From Candidatus Fervidifonticultor quintus (GTDB lineage Bacteria; Sysuimicrobiota; Sysuimicrobiia; Sysuimicrobiales; Humicultoraceae), in contig JAVKIJ010000010.1 of NCBI GenBank assembly GCA_031459535.1, forward strand, positions 1 through 53,188: a stretch of DNA of 53,188 nucleotides, read 5' to 3'. Shown here piece by piece: positions 1 to 9,444 of the stretch (position 1 is the first letter of the stretch; every line of letters starts with the position of its first letter). The position numbers were made by a program, and so were the translations under genes. Under the pieces are notes generated by a model that was not told the origin of the DNA, made no database searches, and was given only the letters and a program-made list of their open reading frames with translations.

Positions 1-1941
1 GACTACACGTACAATGCCCAGCACAACCTGACCGGCGTCCGCCGGGCCGTGGGGACGGCGGAGGAGGCGCTGACCCAGTACACGTACACCGCCTGGGGCG
101 GGGTCGCGTCGGTGGTCGACCCGCGCGGGAACACCACGACCTGCGCCTACACGGCGCGGCGGCAGGTGCAGGCGGTGACGCCGCCGGCGGGTGGGGCGAC
201 GACCTTCGGCTACAACGCGGCGGACGACCAGGTCACGATGACCGACGGCAACGGCGGAACGTGGACCACAGCCTACAACGCCAGCCGGCTGCCCGTCAGC
301 GTCACCGATCCGCTGGGCCACGTGATCCGCCACGAGTACGACGCCAACAGCAACCGCACCCGGACCACTGATGCCAAGAACCAGGCCACGACCTTTGTCT
401 ACGATGCGGCGAACCGGCTCACGCAGGCCACCGACGCCCTGGGTCAGAGCACCGCGTACACCTATGACGCCGCCGGGAACCGCGTCTCGATGGGGGACCG
501 CAAGGGGACGACGCACACGTACTCCTACGATCAGGCCGACCGCCTGACCCAGGTGAGCGCGGGCGGGCTGACCGTCTCGTATGTCTATGATGCGAACGAG
601 AACCGCACGGAGCTCACCGACGCCGGGGGCGCGACGACCTTCACCTACGACAGCCTGGACCGGCTCACCCGGACGACCTATCCGGACGGCCGCAGCGTGC
701 AGGTCGCCTACGACCGGGCCGGCAACCGCACCCGCCTGACCTACCCGGACGGGACCTCGACGATGACCTACGGCTATGACGCAGCCAACCGGCTGACCCA
801 GATGGCGGTGGGGACGCTCACCTGGCAGGTGGCCTACGACGGGGCGGGGAACCGGACGGCGCTCATCCAGCCCAACGGCACGCGCACCGACTACACCTAC
901 CTGGCCAACCACTGGCTGGCCTCGATCACCCACAAGTGTCCCAATGGCGCCGTCTATCAGTCCTTCACCTACACCTATGATGCGAACGGGAACCGCCTCA
1001 CGCAGGTCGACGGGACCGGGACGACGACCTTCACCTATGACGCTCTGAACCGCCTCACCGCGGCGGCCTATCCGGGGAGCTACGGGAGCTGGGCCTGGGC
1101 CTATGACGCGGTGGGGAACCGCACGAGCCAGACGGCGCCCGGCGGGACGACCCTTTACAGCTACGACGCGAACAACCGGCTGCTCCAGGCCGGGGGGGTG
1201 AGCTACAGCTACGACGCCAACGGGAACCTGGTCAGCACCTCGGCGGGCCAGAGTTTCCGCTGGGACGCCTTCAACCGCCTGACGCAGGCCAGCGGGTCGG
1301 GCGGGACGGTGAGCTACCGCTACAACGGGGACGGGCTGAAGGTGCGCCGCAGCGGGCCGGAGGGGGTGACGGTCTACTACTATGACGGGCTCCGGCCGAT
1401 CTGGGAGACGACCGGCTCGGGGGCGCTGAAGGCGCGGCTGGACCGGGACCTCTTCGGCAACCTCCTCTCCCGCCGCGAGGCCAACGGGACCCGCCGCTAC
1501 TTCGCTCATGACGGGCTGGGCGGGCTGACGGCCATCACCGACAGTGCCGGGGCGCCGCTGGCGAGCCTGGTCTACGACGCCTGGGGGAACCTGCGTTCGT
1601 CCAGTGGGACGTGGAATGGAGGCAACTATCGGTTCACTGGCGCCGAGCTGGACCCGGCGACCGGCCTCTACCACATGGGGGCGCGGTTCTATGATTCGGG
1701 CCAAGGGCGCTGGCTTAGCGAGGATCCCATCCAGGGCGACTTGTTCGAGGCCGCAACGCTTAACTTCTACACGTATGCAAAGAACAATCCCGCAAACTAC
1801 GTAGATCCCTCTGGTCTTGTGTCGTGTGACCAGGCATGCCTCGAGGCCCTGAATCAACAACGGCAAACCATCGTAAAGAATCTGCTGTCGCTGCTAGGGG
1901 ACTCGGTAGAGGCAGCCGCCAAATACTTGAGGGACTTGTAG
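1..1941 (+). CDS. Rhs/YD-repeat protein (5' truncated by window edge) with Rhs core and start of C-terminal toxin tip
   Basis: Frame open from base 1; many YD/YDxxGNR repeats; core motif YRFTGAELDPATGLYHMGARFYD...W..EDP and NNPANYVDPSG cleavage motif (DPSG at 1804-1815); ends at TAG 1939-1941. Confidence 0.93.
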   Translation, partial: DYTYNAQHNLTGVRRAVGTAEEALTQYTYTAWGGVASVVDPRGNTTTCAYTARRQVQAVTPPAGGATTFGYNAADDQVTMTDGNGGTWTTAYNASRLPVSVTDPLGHVIRHEYDANSNRTRTTDAKNQATTFVYDAANRLTQATDALGQSTAYTYDAAGNRVSMGDRKGTTHTYSYDQADRLTQVSAGGLTVSYVYDANENRTELTDAGGATTFTYDSLDRLTRTTYPDGRSVQVAYDRAGNRTRLTYPDGTSTMTYGYDAANRLTQMAVGTLTWQVAYDGAGNRTALIQPNGTRTDYTYLANHWLASITHKCPNGAVYQSFTYTYDANGNRLTQVDGTGTTTFTYDALNRLTAAAYPGSYGSWAWAYDAVGNRTSQTAPGGTTLYSYDANNRLLQAGGVSYSYDANGNLVSTSAGQSFRWDAFNRLTQASGSGGTVSYRYNGDGLKVRRSGPEGVTVYYYDGLRPIWETTGSGALKARLDRDLFGNLLSRREANGTRRYFAHDGLGGLTAITDSAGAPLASLVYDAWGNLRSSSGTWNGGNYRFTGAELDPATGLYHMGARFYDSGQGRWLSEDPIQGDLFEAATLNFYTYAKNNPANYVDPSGLVSCDQACLEALNQQRQTIVKNLLSLLGDSVEAAAKYLRDL

Positions 1942-2337
1942 AAGGGCCTTGAGGAGCTCAATGATCCCGAGTTTGCAGCGAAGGCGACAGCGTGGCTCGC
2001 GGGGATCACAGGAACGCTTTCGGTCGCGTTCATGTTTACAGGGAACGCACCTGTGGCCACAGGATTCGGGGTCGCTCCTATAGCCTTCACGGCAGCAAAC
2101 ATGCGCTTCACGGCCATGATGGCTAATCGAGGACAGGTTGCTGGGCTTGACTACTACTTCGCGCAAGCATGGAACGCAGCTGGCCTGCTGTCCGGTGGTG
2201 CTGGTCTATTTGCCGGAGCGATTCGATTCGCTCCTGGGATGCGCGTTCCATCCGTCAGGCAGGGCATGCTCTTGGCAGCTGCCGTTATTGCCAGGGTTTT
2301 CGGATGGGGAGGAATTGCCCTTGCGAATCCCCCCTAG
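1942..2337 (+). pseudogene. In-frame remainder of the Rhs C-terminal domain after a premature TAG (hydrophobic, Gly/Ala-rich)
   Basis: The same frame stays open for 131 more codons after TAG 1939-1941 (KGLEELNDPEF...GGIALANPP) and contains ORF 2032..2337. Confidence 0.7.
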
Positions 2338-3682
2338 CAGGATGCCGAAAGGAGGATCTACATCTTGTGGCTTCACAAGATGGGCGCCTCCGTGTACAGT
2401 CTGCTCAAAGCGCAACAGCCAGTGGCCTCTTCGAAGGAGCAGACGACGATGCGCGGCGATAACCTCGACCAGACCGGCGTGTTCAGCTACATCTCCCCCG
2501 AACAGCGTGTGCCCCAGGACCATCCCCTGCGCGTTATTCGGGAGATGGTCGATCGGATGCTGGTGGATCTCTTGCCCGAGTTTGACCGCTGGTATGCGCG
2601 CACCGGACGCCCGGCGGTGCCGCGCGAGAAGTTGCTGAAAGCCTTGCTGCTGCAGGTCCTCTACACGGTGCGTAGCGAGCGGCTGCTCATGGAGCAGTTG
2701 GACTACAACTTGCTGTTTCGCTGGTTCGTGGGGCTGAACATGGACGACCCCGTGGGGGACCCCACGACCTTTGCGAAGAACCGGCAGCGGCTGCTGGACG
2801 GGGAGATTGCCGAGCGGTTCTCCGATCGGGTGCTGGCGCAGGCCCGCGTGCAGAATTTGCTGTCGGATGAGCACTTCGCCGTCGACGCGACGCTGATCGA
2901 GGCGTGGGCGAGTTTGAAGAGCTTCCGCCGGAAAGACGGCGGCGATGAGCCGCCGCCGGACGACCCGGGCAACCTGACGGTCAACTTCCCCGGAGAGCGC
3001 CGCAGCAACGCGACTCACGCGCGTACGACCGTCCCGGAGGCGAAACTGGCCCGGCGCGGTCCGGGGCGCGAAGCCAAATTGGCCTATCAGGGCCATGTAG
3101 GTGATGGAGAATCGCCATGAGCTGGTGGTGGCGGCCCGCGTCACGCCGGCGACGGGCGCGGCCGAGCGGGAAACGGTCGTGCGCCTGGCGGCCGCAGTGC
3201 AGCGACGGGGTCGCGGGTCCGTGGGAGCCAATAAGGCCTACGATGCGCGGGAGTTTGTGGCCGCGCTGCGGGCGCCGGGGCTCACGCTCCACATCGCCCA
3301 GAACACGCGCGGCCGCGCGAGTGCCATCGATGGGCGCACCACGCGGCATCCCGGCTACGCAGTCAGCCAGCGGATCCGCAAGCGGGTCGAGGAGATCTTC
3401 GGCTGGCTGAAGACCGTGGGGCTGCTGCGGAAGACCCGCCATCGGGGCGAGGCCAAAGTCAACTGGGTCTTTGTCTTCACCACCGCCGTCTACAATCTGA
3501 TCCGCATCCGCACCATCAGCGCGGCCCTGACATGAAGGACGCAGCCCCCGGCCGAGGGGGGCGAAAGCAACAGAGCACCGCCAGACGGCTGGAGGAGAGA
3601 GGCTCGGCCAGCCTGTAGAAGGAAAGCCAGAGGTCGGAGTGAGCATCATGCTGTGCATTAACATTCGAATTTCAGCATCCTG
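2338..3682 (+). mobile_element. IS5-family insertion sequence (1345 bp), degenerate
   Basis: Terminal inverted repeats CAGGATGCCGAAA (2338-2350) and TTTCAGCATCCTG (3670-3682) match 12/13; CTAG flanks both ends (2334-2337, 3683-3686); transposase inside. Confidence 0.9.
2449..3535 (+). pseudogene. IS5-family DDE transposase, frameshifted
   Basis: RBS AAGGAG then MRGDNLDQTGVFSYISPEQRVPQDHPLR, typical of this family; frame change near 3100 (GHV / VMENRH); the usual GADKxYD reads GANKAYD; RIRKRVEEIFGW motif present. Confidence 0.88.
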
Positions 3683-3688
3683 CTAGGC

Positions 3689-4546
3689 ATGCACACCGAC
3701 GCTCGGGCGGGCCGCCCCTGGAAGACCTCCTCCCTCGCGCGGGGGCTCTACGTGGTGGCCATGCTGATCGTGGCGTTCTTCGCGCTGTTTCCCCTCTACT
3801 GGACGGTCGCCACCGCTCTCAAGCCGGGAGAGATGCCGTTCGCCATCCCGCCGGCGTGGCTGTTCCGTCCCAGCCTGGAGCACGTGCGCTTCGCCTTCGG
3901 AGAAGGCAGCATCGGCATGCAGCGGGCATTTCCCAACAGCCTGCTCATCGCGACGACCAACACCCTGCTCAGCGTATTGATCGGTGGGGCGGCTGCCTAC
4001 GGGCTGGCTCGGTTCCCGATCCGTGGCAAGAAGCACCTCTGGTTCTGGATCATCTCCAACCGGATGCTCACCCCTGTGGCCCTGGCGCTGCCGTTCTTCC
4101 TGCTGGGCAACTCGCTGGGGATACTGGACACTCGCCTGATCCTCGTCCTGACGTATCTGACATTCAACGTCCCGCTGGTGGTATGGATCCTTGTCGGGTT
4201 CTTCCAGACCATCCCCTCGTCCCTGGATGAGGCCGCCCGGATTGACGGCGCCTCTCAGTGGGCGATATTCGCCCGGATCGCTGTGCCGCTGGCATTGCCC
4301 GGCGTCGCGGTCGCCGCGATCTTTACCTTCATCTTTGCCTGGAATGAGCTGATGTTCGCCCTGGTACTGACGCGAGAGAGCGCGCGCACCATGCCGGTGT
4401 TGACCACCGCTTTCATCACCGGGCTGGGAACCCGTTGGGGACCGATGGCTGCCACATCAACCGTCACCGTGCTCCCGATCATGATTCTGAGCCTCTCAGT
4501 CTCGCGCTACATCGTCCGCGGGCTCACCCTCGGCGCGATTAAGTAG
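3689..4546 (+). CDS. Carbohydrate ABC transporter permease (MalG-like)
   Basis: Multiple TM segments, EAA motif LDEAARIDGAS, FIFAWNE, C-terminal RGLTLGAIK. Confidence 0.93.
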   Translation: MHTDARAGRPWKTSSLARGLYVVAMLIVAFFALFPLYWTVATALKPGEMPFAIPPAWLFRPSLEHVRFAFGEGSIGMQRAFPNSLLIATTNTLLSVLIGGAAAYGLARFPIRGKKHLWFWIISNRMLTPVALALPFFLLGNSLGILDTRLILVLTYLTFNVPLVVWILVGFFQTIPSSLDEAARIDGASQWAIFARIAVPLALPGVAVAAIFTFIFAWNELMFALVLTRESARTMPVLTTAFITGLGTRWGPMAATSTVTVLPIMILSLSVSRYIVRGLTLGAIK

Positions 4547-4567
4547 GACAGATCGGCACGTGGGCAG

Positions 4568-5479
4568 GTGGTGGGTGTGACGCTGGGGATCAACGCGGCC
4601 TTCACCATCAAGCGCTGGCCCGAGCCCGAAGTCTGGCTGGCGCTGGTTAGGGAACATCTGCAACTGGACCTGGTCCAGTTCTCCCTGGACCAGCTCGACC
4701 CTCGGGGAGTGCCGTCTGCGATCCTGCCCGAAGCGGCCCGGATACGCCGGGAGGCGGAGCGGCTGGGCGTCACGATCCACAGCGCGCAGGTGGGCTTGGC
4801 GGGTTACTCGTTCAACCTGCTCCTGCATCCTGATCCGGCGATCCGCGAGGATGGCTTGCGTTGGTGCCAGGCGGCGGTCCGCCTGGCCGCGGCGGTTGGC
4901 GCGCGCGGGTTCGGCGGGCCGTTGGGCGCGCTCAGCGTGCGGGACGCCAGGGATCCCGGCCGCCGTGACATGCTCGTGAAGTGGATGATCGAGGCCATCG
5001 GCGGGCTCAGCGAGACGGCGCGCGCCGAGGGCCTGGCCTTTCTCCTCTGGGAGCCGACACCGCTGGCCCGCGAGATACCCTCCAGCATTGACGAGACGCG
5101 CTGGTTCCTGTCCCGCCTGGACGCCATAAGCGCCGTGCCCGTGACCCTGTGCCTCGACGTGGGTCATGCCTGCCGGCCTGGCGCGACCGGAGACGATGCC
5201 GACCCGTATGCCTGGATCCGTGCGCTGGGCTCCCGCGCCTCGGTGATCCACCTGCAGCAGACCGACGGCCGCCTGGACCGGCACTGGCCGTTCACCGAGC
5301 AATACGCCGCCGAGGGCATCATCTCCGCCCAAGCGGTGCGCGCCGCCGTGCGGGACGGTCGCTGCGAGCACGTGCCGCTGGTGCTGGAGATCTTTCACCC
5401 GTTCGAAGCCCCCGATGATCAGGTGCTGGCAGACCTCAAGGCCAGCGTGGACTACTGGCGGCGCGCGCTGGCCGCCTGA
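4568..5479 (+). CDS. TIM-barrel sugar-phosphate isomerase/epimerase (EryC-like)
   Basis: LGINAAFTIKRWPEPEVW N-terminus; metal motifs WEP, CLDVGH, IHLQQTDG..DRHWPF, VLEIFHPFE. Confidence 0.78.
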   Translation: MVGVTLGINAAFTIKRWPEPEVWLALVREHLQLDLVQFSLDQLDPRGVPSAILPEAARIRREAERLGVTIHSAQVGLAGYSFNLLLHPDPAIREDGLRWCQAAVRLAAAVGARGFGGPLGALSVRDARDPGRRDMLVKWMIEAIGGLSETARAEGLAFLLWEPTPLAREIPSSIDETRWFLSRLDAISAVPVTLCLDVGHACRPGATGDDADPYAWIRALGSRASVIHLQQTDGRLDRHWPFTEQYAAEGIISAQAVRAAVRDGRCEHVPLVLEIFHPFEAPDDQVLADLKASVDYWRRALAA

Positions 5480-5494
5480 AGGGAGGGATCCTGT

Positions 5495-6049
5495 ATGGCT
5501 GCAGATGTACGCGGGCAGATCATCGAGGAACTGCGGGATGTCTTCCTCGCCATCCGCGAGCCAAGCATCGAGACCCTCGTGGACCGCCTGGCGTCGGCCA
5601 AGACCGTGTTCACGTATGGTGTCGGCCGCGAAGGCCTGGTCCTGCGCAGCTTCTGCATGCGCCTGTTCCACCTGGGCCTGGATGCCCACGTCGTGGGCGA
5701 CATGACCACACCACACCTGGGCCCCGGCGACCTGCTCGTGACCAGCTCGGGGCCGGGGTACTTCTCCACGGTGGCGGCGCTGATGGGCGTGGCCCACAAG
5801 AGCGGAGGGAAGGTGCTCATCGTCACCGCCAACCCCGACGCCGAGCTGCCCCGCCAGGCCGACGACGTGGTGGTCATTCCCGGGCAGACCATGGCCGGTG
5901 GCACCGCGGAGCGGCCTTCCATCCAACCCATGGGCTCCCTCTACGAGCAGGCGATGTGGTTGCTGTTCGACTACACGGTGCTGGTGCTGGCGCAGCGCCT
6001 GGGCCGCTCATTCCGGGAGATGAGCCACCGGCACACGAATATGGAGTAG
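5495..6049 (+). CDS. hxlB: SIS-domain 6-phospho-3-hexuloisomerase-like protein
   Basis: GVGREG, FCMRLFHLG, VVGDMTTP, SSGPG, QPMGSLYEQ, C-terminal HTNME. Confidence 0.8.
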   Translation: MAADVRGQIIEELRDVFLAIREPSIETLVDRLASAKTVFTYGVGREGLVLRSFCMRLFHLGLDAHVVGDMTTPHLGPGDLLVTSSGPGYFSTVAALMGVAHKSGGKVLIVTANPDAELPRQADDVVVIPGQTMAGGTAERPSIQPMGSLYEQAMWLLFDYTVLVLAQRLGRSFREMSHRHTNME

Positions 6050-6097
6050 CCCGGGGCAGCAGCCGACATCGCGCGCACCGGGCAGGAGGCCACACCG

Positions 6098-7135
6098 ATG
6101 CAGGCGGCCGTTCTGGACGCTCCGCGCGCGCTCAGCATCCGGGACGTAGGAATGCCAGACCTGCCCGACGGAGCCGTGCTCGTCCGCGTGGAGCTGGCCG
6201 GCGTCTGCGGCAGCGACCTCAAGCTGTGGCGGTTCGGATCGCCCCGGCTGCGGTTGCCGGCGGTGATCGGGCACGAAGTCGTCGGCCGGGTGGAGGCGGC
6301 ACCGGCCGCCTGCCGCCACCTGCGCGGGCAGCGGGTGGTGACGATCATCGACGTGCCGTGCTTCCAGTGCCCCGCCTGTCGCCAGGCACGCTACAACCTC
6401 TGTGATCAGGGCCGCGCCATCGGGTGGGAAGTGCCGGGAGGCTTCGCCGAGTTCCTGGCCATCCCCAGCGAGACCGTCGCGGCCGGCGGCGTGCTCACCG
6501 TCCCGGAGGGGTTGCGCGCCGAAGAAGCGGTCCTGGCCGAGCCGGTTGGGTGCGCGGTGCGGGGTCAGGAGGCCGCGGGCGTCGGGCCCGAAGACACCGT
6601 GCTGGTCATCGGCGCCGGGCCGATGGGCTACCTGCACGCCTGCCTGAGCCGACTACGCGGCGCGCGCCGGGTCATCCTCTGCGATCTGCTCGCCCGCCGG
6701 CTCCAGCAGACCGCCGAGGCGCCGGTAGACGCGCGTCTGGTGGTGGGCGACGGGTTCGAGCGTATCGTGCGCGACCTGACAGAGGCGCGGGGCGGCCCGG
6801 ACGTGGTCATCGTCGCGGCCGCCACTGCCTCGGCCCAGGATCTAGCGGTCAGGCTGGCCGCCAAGCGCGGCCGGGTCAACTTCTACGCCAGCCTGCCCGC
6901 CGGTGAAGCCGGCCGGTTCGACATCAATCCCATTCACAACCGTGAGCTCCGCGTGGTCGCCACCCGCAATGCGACCATAGGCGCCATGCAGGCCGCGCTC
7001 GGCCTGCTGGCCGCGGGGCGGCTGCCCACCGCGCCGCTCGTGGCGGCGGTCGAGCCGTTTGCTCACCTGCCCGATCTGTTCGCACGGTTCGATGACGCGC
7101 AGATCCTCAAACCCATCGTGGCCGTGACCCGGTGA
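6098..7135 (+). CDS. Zn-dependent polyol/alcohol dehydrogenase (MDR family)
   Basis: GVCGSD, GHE, structural Zn CFQCPAC...C, GAGPMG Rossmann motif. Confidence 0.9.
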   Translation: MQAAVLDAPRALSIRDVGMPDLPDGAVLVRVELAGVCGSDLKLWRFGSPRLRLPAVIGHEVVGRVEAAPAACRHLRGQRVVTIIDVPCFQCPACRQARYNLCDQGRAIGWEVPGGFAEFLAIPSETVAAGGVLTVPEGLRAEEAVLAEPVGCAVRGQEAAGVGPEDTVLVIGAGPMGYLHACLSRLRGARRVILCDLLARRLQQTAEAPVDARLVVGDGFERIVRDLTEARGGPDVVIVAAATASAQDLAVRLAAKRGRVNFYASLPAGEAGRFDINPIHNRELRVVATRNATIGAMQAALGLLAAGRLPTAPLVAAVEPFAHLPDLFARFDDAQILKPIVAVTR

Positions 7136-7145
7136 TGCGCCGGCA

Positions 7146-8681
7146 ATGACCCCCAGGCCCTGCCCCCCGTACCTGCTCGGCCTCGACGTGGGAACCACGG
7201 GCGCCAAGACCGTGCTGGTCGACGCCCGCGGCCGCGTCCTGGCGACACAGACGGTCACCTATCCGCTGCTCGTGCCTCGCCCCGGCTGGACCGAGCAGGA
7301 CCCCGCCACGTGGTGGGATGCAGCCTGCGCCAGTATCCGCGCCGTGCTGGAACGGTCGGGAGTGTCGGCGGCGTCTGTGGCGGCGGTAGGCCTGACCGGA
7401 CAGATGCATGGCCTCGTGGCGCTGGACCGCCGCGGGGAAGTGCTGCGGCCGGCCATCCTGTGGAACGACCAGCGCACCGCCAGCGAGTGCGCGTGGATCA
7501 CTCGACAGGTCGGTGCCGACCGCGTGCTGGCGCTGACGGGCAACCCGGTGCTCACCGGCTTCACCGCCCCGAAGATCGTCTGGATGCGGCGCCACGAACC
7601 CGAACTCGCCGCCCGCATCGCGCACATCCTCCTGCCCAAAGACCACGTCCGCTACCGGCTGAGCGGCCTGTTCGTCTCAGACGTCGCCGACGCGTCCGGC
7701 ACCTCGCTGTTCGATGTGAGGGCGCGAAGATGGTCCGCTGAGATGCTGGCCGCCCTCGACATTCCCTCGCCGTGGCTGCCCGAGGTGGTGGAGTCGCCGA
7801 CGGTGACAGGTACCGTGACCGCTGATGCCGCACGGGCTACGGGTCTGGCGCCGGGCACGGCCGTGGTGGCCGGCGCGGGCGACCAGGCGGCCCAGGCCGT
7901 GGGTACCGGCGTTGTCGAACCCGGCATCATTTCGGTGACCATCGGGACCTCCGGCGTGGTGTTCGCGCATCTGGACACCGTGCAGGTTGATGCGCTCGGC
8001 CGGACCCACACGTTCTGCCATGCGGTGCCCGGTCGCTGGCACGTCATGGGGGTCATGCTGTCCGCGGGTGGGTCGCTGCGCTGGCTGCGGGATGCGCTGG
8101 GCGACGCGGCCTGGGATGTCTGTGGCGCGGATCCGTACGACCTGATGGCGGCCGAGGCGGAGCGCATCCCGCCCGGCTCCGAGGGTCTCCTGTTCCTGCC
8201 GTATCTGACCGGCGAGCGGACGCCGCACGCCGATCCCCACGCGCGGGGCGCCTTCGTGGGGCTGACCTTGCGCCACGGCCGGGGCCACCTGGTCCGCGCG
8301 GTGATGGAAGGTGTCGCCATGGGGCTGCGTGATGCCCTGGAGATCATCCGCGGTATGGGTGTACCGGTCAACCAGGTACGCGCCTCCGGAGGCGGCGCGC
8401 GCAGTCCGCTGTGGCGTCAGATCCTGGCCGATGTCTTCGACTCAGAGCTGGTGACGGTGACGACCACCGAAGGGGCGGCCTACGGCGCCGCGCTGCTGGC
8501 CGGCGTGGGCAGCGGGTGCTTCGACACCGTGGAGTCCGCGTGCAGGCAGGCGGTCGGCATCAGTGAGCGGACGTCGCCGCAGCCCGCGCATGTCCGGCGC
8601 TATCAGGAGCTCTACGAGCGGTACGGGACGCTCTACCCGCAGTTGCGGCCGGTCTTCCAGAGTCTGACGGCGATCGACTAG
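7146..8681 (+). CDS. xylB: FGGY-family sugar kinase, xylulokinase-like
   Basis: LGLDVGTTGAK, TGQMHG, ILWNDQR, GAGDQAA, FLPYLTGERTP, SGGGARS. Confidence 0.88.
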   Translation: MTPRPCPPYLLGLDVGTTGAKTVLVDARGRVLATQTVTYPLLVPRPGWTEQDPATWWDAACASIRAVLERSGVSAASVAAVGLTGQMHGLVALDRRGEVLRPAILWNDQRTASECAWITRQVGADRVLALTGNPVLTGFTAPKIVWMRRHEPELAARIAHILLPKDHVRYRLSGLFVSDVADASGTSLFDVRARRWSAEMLAALDIPSPWLPEVVESPTVTGTVTADAARATGLAPGTAVVAGAGDQAAQAVGTGVVEPGIISVTIGTSGVVFAHLDTVQVDALGRTHTFCHAVPGRWHVMGVMLSAGGSLRWLRDALGDAAWDVCGADPYDLMAAEAERIPPGSEGLLFLPYLTGERTPHADPHARGAFVGLTLRHGRGHLVRAVMEGVAMGLRDALEIIRGMGVPVNQVRASGGGARSPLWRQILADVFDSELVTVTTTEGAAYGAALLAGVGSGCFDTVESACRQAVGISERTSPQPAHVRRYQELYERYGTLYPQLRPVFQSLTAID

Positions 8682-9421
8682 CTCACCTGCTGCATGATCT
8701 CATCGGGGATGTCGAAGTTGGCGTGGACCGCCTGGACGTCGTCATGCTCTTCCAGCGCGTCCATCAGGCGCAGCACCTGCTGCGCGTCCCTGCCCTCGAC
8801 CCGCACGGTGTTCTTGGGATGCATGGTGATCTGCGCGCCGGTCACGACGAAGCCCCGGGCAAGCAGCGCCCCCCGGACCTTGTAGGTCTCCTCGGGCTTG
8901 GTCACGACCTCGAAGCCGTCGTCCGTGGTACGAACGTCCTCGCCGCCAGCCTCAAGCGCCGCGAGCAGCACGTCGTCCTCGGTGTGACCTTCCTTCGCTA
9001 CGGTGACAATGCCCTGTCGCTCGAACATCCACGCCACCGATCTACCTCCCAGGCTCGCCCCGTGCCTGGTGAAGATCGCCCGGATCTCGCCGGCGGTGCG
9101 GTTGCGATTGTCGGTGAGCGCCTCGACCATGACCGCCACGCCCCCGGGCGCGTAGCCTTCGTAGATCACGGTCTCGTAGGTGGCGCCGGCCAGCTCGCCC
9201 GCACCGCGCTGGATCGCGCGCTGGACGTTGTCGTTGGGCATGCCCGCCTCGCGGGCTCGCTCGATGGCCGTCCGCAGCCGCGCGTTAGCGTCGGGATTGC
9301 TGCCGCCCTCCTTGGCGGCGACCATGATCTCACGGGAGATCTTGGAGAACAGCTTCCCGCGGACCTGGTCCATCCGTTGCTTCTTGATCTTGATGTTGTG
9401 CCACTTGGAGTGCCCGGACAT
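8678..9421 (-). CDS. yebC: YebC/PmpR family protein
   Basis: MSGHSKWHNIK start, YEGYAPGGVA, TDNRNRT, LEEHDDVQAVHANF. Confidence 0.95.
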   Translation of the reverse strand: MSGHSKWHNIKIKKQRMDQVRGKLFSKISREIMVAAKEGGSNPDANARLRTAIERAREAGMPNDNVQRAIQRGAGELAGATYETVIYEGYAPGGVAVMVEALTDNRNRTAGEIRAIFTRHGASLGGRSVAWMFERQGIVTVAKEGHTEDDVLLAALEAGGEDVRTTDDGFEVVTKPEETYKVRGALLARGFVVTGAQITMHPKNTVRVEGRDAQQVLRLMDALEEHDDVQAVHANFDIPDEIMQQVS

Positions 9422-9444
9422 GCTCTCGGACCCCCTTCTAACGG

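Noticed and set aside
400-1400. Repetitive DNA as CRISPR or tandem repeat
   Set aside because: These are protein-level YD repeats; there are no identical direct repeats with spacers and no cas genes.
1939-1941. Amber codon as pyrrolysine or recoded sense codon
   Set aside because: TAG is an ordinary stop for many genes here (proB, proA, pheS, tyrS) and no pyl genes are visible; a nonsense mutation is simpler.
2348-2448. AAAGGAGG + TTG ORF start as an Rhs immunity gene
   Set aside because: It lies inside the IS left end and is in frame with the transposase.
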